Below, piece by piece: positions 26,429-36,327 of a stretch of 53,934 bases of DNA. Both the position numbers and the translations under genes were made by a program. Under the pieces are notes generated by a model. That model searched no databases and had not been told where the DNA came from. It worked only from the letters and a program-made list of their open reading frames with translations. Where the stretch lies: NCBI RefSeq assembly GCF_028641065.1, contig NW_026575328.1, positions 1 to 53,934 of the forward strand, read 5' to 3'. Each line of letters begins with the position of its first letter. The first letter of the stretch is position 1. This stretch comes from Leucoraja erinacea (Eukaryota).

Positions 26429-27719
26429 GGCGGGGGGGGGGGGGGGGAGGTGAGGGAGAGAGAGAGAGATGAGCCAATGTTAGAACAGCAAGTGAACAGA
26501 TCTGCAGTTTCAGACTACACTGCCTGATGTGTAGTCACAAGTGCTACCATTAGGTGGCCATGTGCATCACTTCTACAGTAACATAGAGGAGTGGGTTCCA
26601 GACCGGGAGATATTGGGGGTGGGGGGGAGTGGTATTTGCAGATGGGGGGGGGGGGGGGGTGGGGGAGATGAGGAGGTGGAGGGGTGGTATTCGCGGATGA
26701 GGGTGGGAGGGGCTAGTGGGGGCGAGGATGGGAGGGCGGTGGGATGGGGGGTGGGGGGGGGGGGGGGGGGGGTTTCCAACAGCAATGAATGGCCTGCTGA
26801 TAGCGACTGGGATCCAATTCTGGGGCAGGGGTTGGGCTGTCTATAATTCATGTCTGAATCTTGGGTCGGTCGTCTATCTAAATACCATTGTATTTTTTTC
26901 TGGAGGAGCAGCGATATTTGAACATTGTGTAACTCTGCTTTGATACAAAAGCGTTTCTGGAACTCAGTCGGTGTGACTGTATAGTTACAGCAGGAACATG
27001 CGACATTCGGGCCCTTCCTCTGTAAAAGAGCAATATATCATACCTAGTCACCTGGACCAATAGACCCACAAATGCCTTCCTTTCTGAGGCATTCCTCGTT
27101 CCCTTAAAACGCTGCATTTTTTATCACACACCCTTTCCTCCCCCAACCCCATTTCCATGCGGACGTGAGGAACATTGTTTCTTCCAACCGGCTTGACCAA
27201 TCGCATTCTATCTGTAACAGTTTTTTTGTTCCCTTCACTGATGGGAACAGCCTCACTCTGTTTTACACCCTTTACAATTTTGCATCCCCCAATCGGGTCT
27301 CCTGGCAATATCCACTTGCTCCGCTATTAAATAAGACCGTGATTTCCACTGCTTTTATTCCATCTCCCCTTTTTCGCTTGCATCGAACAACATTCCACCC
27401 TCTTACCTGTCAAGTGTGCCACTCTGGTTTAGAAAAGATTGGTCCGTGTGCAATTGTATCCACCTACTCTTCCGCCGTTTGACCCGCACGGAAGGAGTGA
27501 AGTGGATCATCAAGACCTCATCCCCTCCCTGGCAAGGGCAGTCAGTTACGGTCAAGACCAGTTTATTTCCTACCGCCGACTGACTTCGGCGGGAGCTAAC
27601 GTACAGACACCTGGAGGACTGGCAATATGGGATGAGACAAAGAAGGAAAATCACCTACTGTAACCCAGGACTGACACCGAGAGCAGGGCCGAGCAGAGAC
27701 AGACCCGGATAGAGGGCAT
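14814..27719 (-). CDS. SIGLEC15-like: Gene A: Siglec-15-related activating receptor (SP-V-V-TM[Lys]-short tail), 314 aa; join complement(27659..27719, 26004..26390, 22398..22778, 20067..20166, 14814..14829)
   Basis: All introns are GT-AG with consistent phases (1,1,1,2) and the spliced 945 nt is open to TGA. D1 ([26 protein letters not shown]...VFNC...[23 protein letters not shown]...C.V) matches the Siglec-15 V-set pattern as I recall it ([26 protein letters not shown]...VFRC...RFRLLGNPRRNDLSLRVERL...D..YFCRVEF). [12 protein letters not shown] resembles Siglec-15 LGFKALLL. Every exon has a paralogous exon in gene B. Confidence 0.85.
14960..15197 (+). mobile_element. HE1-like SINE
   Basis: CACGGTGGCGCAGCGGTAGAG head; GGGCCGAAGGTCTGTTTCC tail. 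Confidence 0.75.
15880..16490 (+). mobile_element. CR1 3' fragment interrupted by an antisense retroposon tail (about 16192..16345)
   Basis: CR1 3' motifs; the insert starts with (TTCAAG)n and TTTATTGTCA. Confidence 0.7.
16901..19799 (+). mobile_element. CR1 LINE, whole ORF2 (EN+RT) with stops and frameshifts, inserted in a SINE (halves about 16836..16900 and 19800..20010)
   Basis: [27 protein letters not shown] and FADD motifs; (TTCTATGT)n tail; SINE sequence resumes at GTACGTTCTCCC. Confidence 0.93.
20067..20166 (-). CDS. Gene A exon 4, transmembrane exon with intramembrane Lys ([33 protein letters not shown])
   Basis: Acceptor ctctctcttcag|TCAC, donor CTCAG|gtatgt; hydrophobic run with K at 20117..20119; paralogue at 50213..50303. 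Confidence 0.88.
21540..22130 (-). mobile_element. Old CR1 fragments including a 3' end
   Basis: [11 protein letters not shown]-like ORF and a (CTATGTT)n tail. Confidence 0.65.
22398..22778 (-). CDS. Gene A exon 3, second V-set Ig domain D2
   Basis: Acceptor tccttccctcag|CTTCC, donor CCCG|gtaaga, 381 nt; motifs [29 protein letters not shown]. Confidence 0.92.
22900..25425 (+). mobile_element. Degraded CR1 LINE (ORF2) in gene A intron 2
   Basis: [19 protein letters not shown] and [12 protein letters not shown] fragments; CR1 3' UTR. Confidence 0.9.
25665..25860 (+). mobile_element. HE1-like SINE
   Basis: GCAGCGGTAGAGTTG A-box region and GGTTCGGTCC B-box. Confidence 0.7.
26004..26390 (-). 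CDS. Gene A exon 2, Siglec-15-like V-set domain D1
   Basis: Acceptor (ct)n-gtgtag|ATTTTTCG, donor ATAT|gtgaga, 387 nt; Ig Cys (LPC, FRC) and Trp (VLW); overlaps ORF 25933..26340. Confidence 0.92.
26396..26469. repeat. (GA)n plus poly(G) microsatellite forming the polypyrimidine tract of gene A exon 2
   Basis: Read directly. Confidence 0.9.
27659..27719 (-). CDS. Gene A exon 1, signal peptide [20 protein letters not shown]
   Basis: ATG at 27719, 61 nt, phase-1 donor TACA|gtaggt; homologous to 33531..33591. Confidence 0.85.
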
Positions 27720-27739
27720 CGCAAACACTTCAGTGTGGT

Positions 27740-27810
27740 GTCCACCTCACCGACTGCTGTTTACGTGCTGGAACTGAAATACAGAAGTAGCTTAAACTTC
27801 CTCTATATTT
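27740..27810 (-). promoter_or_regulatory. Gene A proximal promoter/5' UTR: PU.1/Ets-like AGAGGAAGT (27796..27804) and GGTGAGGTGGAC box shared with gene B (33506..33517)
   Basis: Motifs read directly from the sequence; function is inferred. Confidence 0.4.
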
Positions 27811-27981
27811 CCCGTAAACCCTCGGGAAATGTTGAAACAATCGGCTGGCGTAAGTGATTTCACACTGACCAAGCACAGACTGGGGGATAATTTTACTGCA
27901 TACCTTCACAGTCTGCCTTGGCCTACCTGATCTCACTGCTGCTGAACAATTTAATTCCTCTCATTCCCATACTGACCTTTC

Positions 27982-28026
<45 letters not shown>

Positions 28027-28049
28027 ACTCCCCCCTTCCACTGTCATAG

Positions 28050-28147
28050 TGATACCAAACGCAGATTGGAGAAACAGCACCTCATATATAGCTTGGGTAT
28101 CTTACACACCAGAGGTATGAATATTGCTTTCCGTAAATTCAAGTACT
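28050..28147 (+). mobile_element. Penelope-like element, GIY-YIG C-terminal remnant
   Basis: RRLEKQHLIYSLGILHTRGMNIAF resembles the C-terminus of Penelope-like elements. Confidence 0.55.
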
Positions 28148-29064
28148 ATTTTAGGACTCAATGGAGAACGATTGGTAAGCTGATACGAAAGGGGGACGTT
28201 GATTTTCAGGGAAAGGTTACGTGTAATAGTAAAATAAAGTGCACTTTTTGTTGTTGTGGCTATATACAGGTAAATAAGAGAAGGGTCGTAAGGAACGCCT
28301 ACGCCTCTACAGAATAGGCCTGGTGATTAAATAACGGGAAACAGAGGAAAGGAAGTGTGGTGAATAATCTTCTGCACCAATCTTCCCGCGGGGAGCACTA
28401 CACATAAAATAACAAATGTATTCATTTTACATGACACGCTGGACGGTGGAACTTGTCTTCTGTTCCCATTTCCTTGAGTTGTTGCGATGTTGTGAAAAAA
28501 GGTCAGGAACTGTTGAAATTGTTAACTTGCAGCAATTACGTTCAATGTCAGATTCATGGGTATATATATTGCTGAAGGGAGGGCCCGTCAACAACAATGA
28601 TGGACTCTGCCAAGGAGGTAGGGGGAGGGGGGGGCGGCCGGGCGCCGAGCACAAAGAGGGTTACGGCGGGGGTGGGTGCTGTGAGAAGAAACAGCGATCA
28701 TCGGGGCTGCAGTGAGTACGTGTAACTTTCTAGGCGCTAGATAGTTGGCGACCATTGCGCACTCTGTGGCTCGTATGCAAAAACAAAGAATTTCACTGTA
28801 CCTCAACTAGGTCCTTGTGACAATAAAGTATCAATAATTCATTGGATTAGAAGTAACTGAACTTCAATTGATGGTGAAACTCTGAGTGCATTGGAAAGTG
28901 ATTCAAATACTTGAGCCATCCCAGTCGAACCGGCTTTTTTCTCTCAGCCACCAACACCACACTATCACGTTGCTGATTATAGGAGGTCGTTGTGCAGAAA
29001 GTTGCGCTGTCAACGTTATAACAATAACAGTTCTAATCAGTCAGTACAAAACAGCCAGTACTAT

Positions 29065-29625
29065 GGGAGTCAGTGCCTACTGCAAACCTACTGACTCCCA
29101 TAGCTACCTGGACTACACTTCTTCCCACTCTGCTTCCTGTAAGGACTCTATCCCCAAATCCCAATCCCTCCGTATAAACCGCATATGTGTCCAGGATGAT
29201 GTTTTCCATACTGGATCATCGGAGATGTCCTAATTCTTTAGGAAACGGGGGGTCCCCTCTTCTCACTAGCGCCTCCTCGATACCCCGCAGCTCCGCTCTT
29301 GCTCACCCTCCCTCTATTCGCAACAAGGACAGAGTCCACCTTGTCCTCACCTTCCACCCCATCAGCCGTCGATTACAGCATATAATCCTCTGACATTATC
29401 GCCACCTCCAACAGGATCCCACTACTGGAAACATCTTCTCATCTTACTGTGTCCGACTGCATTCTATTTCTGTCCCGCCCACTCCCCTGACATCAGTCTG
29501 AAGACGGGTCTCGACCCGAAACGTCACCCATTCCTTATCTTCAGAGACGCTGCCTGTCCCGCAGAGTTACTCCAACATTTTGTGATCACCTTCGATTTAA
29601 ACCATAATCTGTAGTTCTTTCCGAC
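29065..29625 (+). mobile_element. Penelope-like element remnant (RT thumb region plus terminal repeat)
   Basis: YCKPTDSHSYLDYTSSH...KDSIP.SQ.LR..RIC and LVLTFHP motifs; terminal GTCTGAAGA..GGTCTCGACCCGAAACGTCAC...GAGTTACTCCA, copies of which recur at about 15790, 36670, 38410, 38700, 39820, 48940 and 49610. Confidence 0.75.
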
Positions 29626-31030
29626 ACAATATTATCTGCTGGTTGTGAATGGAGATACCAGAAGAATACTAGAGATGAACACTAAATGTGGGAGGAAATC
29701 AGCGGGCCAGGCAGGCTCAACGATAGCCGCGGTCTGGGGAAGCTTGTCAGGGAACCCGGGTCCATTAATTGCCCTCAGAAAGTAGCGTCTGGCGCTGTCT
29801 GTCGCAATGAGGAGCAGCAACCGGTCAGATGTATCACAATGAGAGAAAGAACCGGCCCCGGAAATTTACAGAGAGAGCATGCGCGGTCGCGGTGTGTTGC
29901 AGGGTACTCAGGTAGCGCGTGCCCCAGAGAGTTGAAAGGGATCGCGGAAAATTGTTCCCGGGCTGAATCAAAGGAACAGGGTACATGGAAACAAACCGAG
30001 GTGACGGATACCCGGGAGTGAGATGCAGCCTGTAATAAACGGATTGGGTTTATTCCTTGAAACTTTTCACTGTACCTCGAAACACGTAACGACAATAATA
30101 AACTAAATGAATGTATAATTAATGTGAATGGGTGGTTGATGGTTGGTTCTAACTCGAAGAGCAGGATGTCGTTTTTGGGTGCCCTATTTCCCTTTTAGTG
30201 TTGCTCCATCGCCCTGTCATATGTCTGCACCGCTTCAGCCATTCATTTGCCCGCTTCCCCAACTTGTTTGAATCGCATTGAAACATCTACTGAGCCGCTG
30301 ATTTAACAATTGGTTCCCTCATCATTGTTGCAGATTGTGAGACAAGAAAAGATTTATCTGTTACTTCACATATCACCACAAGGATGTTTGCGCCTCTTCT
30401 CTGTGTCCTATCCGTCTCACACTACTTGAGTTTGGTGGAAAGTGAAGACTTTTGGATAATTCACTAAAGTGCTCCCTATATTACAATTGGGATGGCGTGA
30501 AGGCAGTCTTTGGTGTTGTTCTTTTACGTTCTACAAATGCGTTTGCTCGCTGTTCTTCCTCTTGTTATCACTGAGACATTAATGTGAGTTTTGTAGTTTA
30601 GCACCTCCGGAACATTCTGCAGCAAATGTAGAAAACAACTTCTGCATTTCAGGGTCTGGAAATAAACAGCCGTGAGGAATGAGGTCACAGCACTATGATG
30701 CTGGTGAACAAGTGTCTGTGGGGTTGTCGTTGCTGGGTCCTGCTGTCTCTCCCATTGCAGGGTGACAACGGGTGATTCATTCTTTACATTCACTTCCTCA
30801 CACAAACTGGAAAACCCAGAAACAGTGTTCACAGCCGCAATATCCTTGGAAACAAAACGAGATGTCAGCTACCCTGGAATGAGATACACACTCTGATGGG
30901 TTCAATTGGATTAAGGTAGGATTAATGTGAATGGTTCTTGTCGGTTTGTCGCCACGCTGACTACCCGTTGGCACAGTGTACACACGTCGGGTTAGAAGGC
31001 CTGTTCCTGCAATATATCACTCTGTAAATA

Positions 31031-31856
31031 TGCTCCCAATACTTACCCCCCTTAGTCTAGTTCAGTCAAAACACTGAGTCAAGCACTGGAACAACTAAAC
31101 TTTATTTTTGAACGAACAACAAACCCCCTATACGATAACTAAACCACCGCGGGTTCGATCCTTGTCCCTGCCTGGCCAAGCCCCTCAGCCTCGTACAATC
31201 AGACACTACCAAAATGTCACGTAGTCCCAAGCGCCCTTCCAGTAGATCGACACCGATCCAAATGGGGGCTACCTGTTATAGGTCAACGAATCATGAGGGG
31301 CCGAACTACATAGGGGTTTCCCCTTTATAAGCCAATTACACATATCGATTACATTAAAGCGTTACTGACAGTCCCCCAACCTAATTACAAAGAGTCCCAA
31401 AATATGTTTCTCTAGAAGCTTTTGGAAGGAAGTCTGTTAACTAAATAATGCAACATTTACCCCGACAGTACAAACAATTCAGCCAGGGCTTCACACTTCG
31501 GCCAATCACCAAACAGCAGGACAACTGTCTTGCAACATTATTTACATTATTTATAATCCCTTTGCAGTAATCCAACCAAATCCATGCATCTAGAAAAGCT
31601 TAGAGTTTCTCTGCAAAGTCCTCATACATATTATCAACTCCGAGGACAACTGGACCTTCCTTATCTGATGTATTGATCTGTGACCTATACTTCCGGGCAT
31701 CAGCTTGCAGCTTGAGGCTTCTCACAGAGAAAGGCTAACAGGCCCTGTAGATGCATACATCCTTAGCTTTATTTTAGCTGTAGGCCAGGATTTACAGCTA
31801 CATGGCGATATTGCTGGGGACACGAACATTGCTGGAAAAATTTCAGGGGTTCGTCA
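31031..31856 (-). mobile_element. Probable solo LTR
   Basis: On the minus strand it starts TG (31856) and ends CA (31031), with TATAAA at 31329..31324 and AATAAA at 31106..31101 in U3-R-U5 order; no TSD found. Confidence 0.5.
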
Positions 31857-33237
31857 GTGGTGGGCAAATTAATGGAAAGGATACTTAGAGATATATATAT
31901 ATATATAAGCATCTGGATAAACAGGGTTTGATTAGGAACAGTCAACATGGATTTGTGCCTGGAAGGTCGTGTTTGACCAATCTTCTTGAATTTTTTGAAG
32001 AGGTTACTCGGGAAATTGATGAGGGTAAAGCAGTGGATGTTTTATATATGGACTTCAGTAAGGCCTTTGACAAGGTTCCTCATGGAAGGTTCGTTAAGAA
32101 GGTTCAATTGTTGGGGATTAATGGTGGAGTAGCAAGATGGATTCAACAGTGGCTGAATGGGAGATGCCAGAGAGTAATGGTGGATTGCTGTTTGTCAGGT
32201 TGGAGGGCAGTGACTAGTGGGCTGCCTCAGGGATCTGTGTTGGGTCCACTGTTGTTTGTCATGTACATCAATGATCTGGATGATGGTGTGGTAAATTGGA
32301 TTAGTAAATATGCAGATGATACTAAGATAGGTGGTGTTGTGGGTAATGAAGTAGATTTTCAAAGTCTACAGAGAGATTTAGGCCAGTTGGAAGAGTGGGC
32401 TGAAAGATGGCAGATGGAGTTTAATGCTGATAAGTGTGAGGTGCTACATCTTGGCAGGACAAATCAAAATAGGACGTACATGGTAAATGGTAGGGAATTG
32501 AGGAATGCAGTTGAACAGAGGGATCTAGGAATAACTGTGCACAGTTCCCTGAAGGTGGAATCTCATGTAGATAGGGTGTTAAAGAAAGCTTTTGGTGTGC
32601 TGGCCTTTATAAATCAAAGCATTGAGTATAGAAGTTGGGATGTAATGTTAAAATTGTACAAGGCATTGGTGATGCCAATTCTGGAATATGGTGTACAATT
32701 TTGGTCGCCTAATTATAGGAAGGATGTCAACAAAATAGAGCGAGTACAGAGGAGATTTACAAGAATGTTGCCTGGGTTTCAGCAACTAAGTTACAGCGAA
32801 AGGTTGGACAAGTTAGGTCTTTATCCTTTGGAGCGCAGAAGGTTAAGGGGGGACTTGATAGAGGTCTTTAAAATGATGAGAGGGATAGACAGAGTTGACG
32901 TGGATAAGCTTTTCCCACTGAGAGTAGTGAAGATTCAAACAAGAGGACATGACTTGAGAATTAAGGGACAGATCTTTAGGGGTAACATGAGGGGGGACTT
33001 CTTTACTCAGAGAGTGGTAGCTGTGTGGAATGAGCTTCCAGTGAAGGTGGTGGAGGCAGGTTCGATTTTATCATTTAAAAATAAATTGGATAGTTATATG
33101 GACGGGAAAGGAGTGGAGGGTTATGGTCTGAGTGCAGGTAGATGGGACTAGGGGAGAATACGTGTTCGGCACGGACTAGAAGGGCCGAGATGGCCTGTTT
33201 CCGTGTTGTAATTGTTATATGTTATATGGTTATATGG
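31852..33237 (+). mobile_element. 5'-truncated CR1 (HER1-like) with an uninterrupted 407-aa RT C-terminal ORF (31928..33151)
   Basis: QHGF, DFSKAFD, PQGSVLGP and YADD motifs; (TTATATG)n tail. Confidence 0.93.
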
Positions 33238-33530
33238 TTCAGGCAACGCCTGTGGAGGAGAATGGGCAGACGACGTGTCTGGTCATGACCTCTTAATTCA
33301 GACGTCGTCTGTCAATGTACCTTCACGGATACAGCTTGACCCGCTTAGTTCCTCCATGACTTTGGTTTTTGCTCATGACCCTAACCTTGCTCAGTTTAAA
33401 ATGACTAATTATCAGTATTTATAGCAGTTACTTAATTTTTTGCAAGAAATTAAGAAATACTTGGAGCAAGTTCCGCATTTCAGCGACAAGAAGCTCACAG
33501 CATTGGGTGAGGTGGACTGAATTGTTGGCG

Positions 33531-33591
33531 ATGTGGTCTCTCCGGGTTTGTCTCTTCACCGTCCTGCTCTCCGTCTCAGTCCAGGGTTACA
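33531..33591 (+). CDS. Gene B exon 1, signal peptide [20 protein letters not shown]
   Basis: ATG at 33531, donor TACA|gtgagt; hydrophobic leader. Confidence 0.88.
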
Positions 33592-34376
33592 GTGAGTGTT
33601 TTCTGTTGACTTGATTAGCTCATCCTTGTTGTCCCATCACCTCTCCCACTGTTCTGGTTCATGTTCTATCGTTGCTCCAGCTGTTTGTACTTTAACTCCT
33701 GCCGAGGGCAACGATTCAATGATTCAATTATATTTTATTGTCACATGGACCTAGGCACAGTAAAATGATTTATTTTGCATACAACCCGGCGACACGGTGG
33801 CGTAGCGGTAGAGCTAGCGCCAGTGACCGGGTTCGATCGGGACTACGGGTCCTTGCCTGGAAGAAAGTTGCTCGTTCTCCCCGAGAGCTGCGTGCGTTTT
33901 CTCCGAGATCTTCGGTTTCCTCCCACACCCCAAACGTACAGATTTGTAGGTTAATTGGCTTAGTGATAATGTAAAATTGTCCTTAATGTGTGTAGGGTTG
34001 TGTTAACGTGCGGGGATCGCTGGTCAGTGCGGAATCGGTGGGCCGAAGGGCCTGTTTCCGTGCTGCACCTCTAAACTAAACTAAAATAAACGAAACTAAA
34101 ACCATATAGCAGTCCTCACCCACGCAGGACCCAAGTGTCGCCACATTTTGGCGCCGACAACGTTACAGAAGTTCACCGAACATTCCTGTCAACTGCCTGG
34201 CACCGCACTTGTCAGCAACACGACCCCCTCCCGCCAGGTCCCTCTTCATTCTCGGCGACCCTCCCGCCGCTTCCCCACCCTCTTTGTTCTCAGCGATACA
34301 CTCTCCCTCTCCGTTCTCGGCGGCTCTCGCTCTCTGAGCCTTCCTTGGCTCTCCGGCGATCTCCTCGCTCTCGGAT

Positions 34377-34407
<31 letters not shown>

Positions 34408-36287
34408 TGACGATCTCTGACGCCTCTTCTCGCTCTCGGGCGATCCTACTGGGTCCGGATGCCCTCCTCTCCTCCCGATTGCTTCCGGCCGTCGCTTGGG
34501 AAAAGGTTGTGATATCGCCCGCCGTTAAGTGCCCTTCCAAAGTTGGTGGTGAGGTCTTCCTCGTGCAGGCAAGATGAGATTGCACATGGAACCGGCCTTT
34601 TATGAATTAGAGCGGTGCACATGATAAGAAAGAGGGTGAATGATACTCGAGGTCGGCGGGAGTAGGGAGAGGGATCTCGCAGTAGGCCAAAAGTAATCTC
34701 ATTTAATGGCGTTGGAAGCGGACGTTGTCAGGAGATGTGATTGAGATATGGGAAATTGTGAAGTGAGTAGTATAGCGTGAGGCTACGCGATGGTGGAAAA
34801 ACAAGAACTTGCAGTCATAGAATGAAGGTAATTGCGACACTGTTGCTCAGAAACATTATTTCTCACAGGGACTGGCTGGTTTACAATGTAGGACCCGGTA
34901 GAATTGGCGGCTGAGCTAAGCGGTGCGTTTTAAATTAAGCCAGTGATATATCTGAAAGAATGGATTTTTAAAGAAATAAAGCGCGGAAATAGGCCATCCG
35001 GTCCACATATTCTGCCGCTACCAGCATCACCCTGGACACTCACACTATCCGACACGATAGGGATCAATTTACTATTATACCATGCCAATCAGCCGACAAA
35101 CCTGTGCGCTTTGGCGGCTTGGAGAATGGGAGGAAACCGGCGATCCCGGAGAAACCAGGATGTTTCTAAAACCAACACATGTGACAGGGAGAACATATAA
35201 ACTTCGTGCTGACAGCACCCGTAGTCAGAATCGAACCCTTTTCTCTGGCTCTGTCAGGCAGCAATTCCAACTCTGCGCCATCGTGCCGCCCCTTGCGGAT
35301 TTGTGGGTATATGGGACGGGTTGTGTGACTGGGATTGCATTCCTCTTACACTGAGCCAGTCTAAACGGGAGGGGGCGACTGGCACACTGACGGAATTCCG
35401 CGAGTTTTCAAAGCCCAAGTCCCGGAATCGTCTATTAACGCAAGAAACGGCATTTATTAAAATAAAGGGACGGGTTCGGGGTTCGGGCGAGAATTATCGT
35501 CTGCCCTTCCCCCGCATCCCCCTTCCCCACCGCCCAATAACTCGTATCACCCAACTCCCAACGCGAAACCTTGATTGAATCCCAACAAATAAAGGCAATA
35601 AAATAATAGGAGCCTGAGTGGTATCTTTTTCACATAAAGGGTGGTGGGTGTATGGAAAAAAACTGCCGGGGGAAGTTGATGAGGCAGGATCTATCGCGAA
35701 GAAGCAATTCGATAGCTAAATAGGCGGTGGGCGGCGCGACTCTGGTCAGCAGCGGCCTCTGCAGTCTGTCCGCGTTTTATTATTTTCTGTCTGTGTTTAA
35801 ATGTAGTTTTGTGTTTTTTTGGGGGTGTTGGTGGTGTGGGGGGTGGGGGTGAGCCGAGGGGGGGGGGGAACTTTTTTTAAATCTCTCCCTGCACTGGAGA
35901 CCCGACCTTTCTCGTCGGGTTTCCGTTGTCGTTGGGGGGACCAACGAGGAGCGGCCTCCAACTCAGCCGGGGACTCTGGTGCTACGACTCACCGTCGCCG
36001 TCGCGGGGCTGGCCGAGTCCGGAACCCGCGGGTCTCTGGAGGGAGACCGCTTTTCGGGCTCTCGCAAAGGCGACTTCCCCCGCCCGAGTGGCGGGGTCGA
36101 AGAGCTCCTGGAGCGGGGCCTGACATCACCGCCCCGCGCGGCTTGGAATGGCCGCGGGACTCTGCGAGCGCACGCCGGGGGCTCTAACACCAAGACCCGG
36201 TGTGCGACCTCGCACCACCCGACGTGGCTTTAATGGCCGCGGGACAATCGCCATCGCCAGCCGGGGGCTATGGCTTTGACTCTGACA

Positions 36288-36327
<40 letters not shown>

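Noticed and set aside
29630-30095. Overlapping ORFs of about 110 aa in a GC-moderate segment
   Set aside because: No motifs; adjacent to Penelope-like terminal repeats
30524-30832. 102-aa ORF between the genes, preceded by an acceptor-like sequence
   Set aside because: No recognisable domain, donor or paralogous copy
33787-33845. tRNA-like A/B boxes
   Set aside because: These are SINE heads, not tRNA genes
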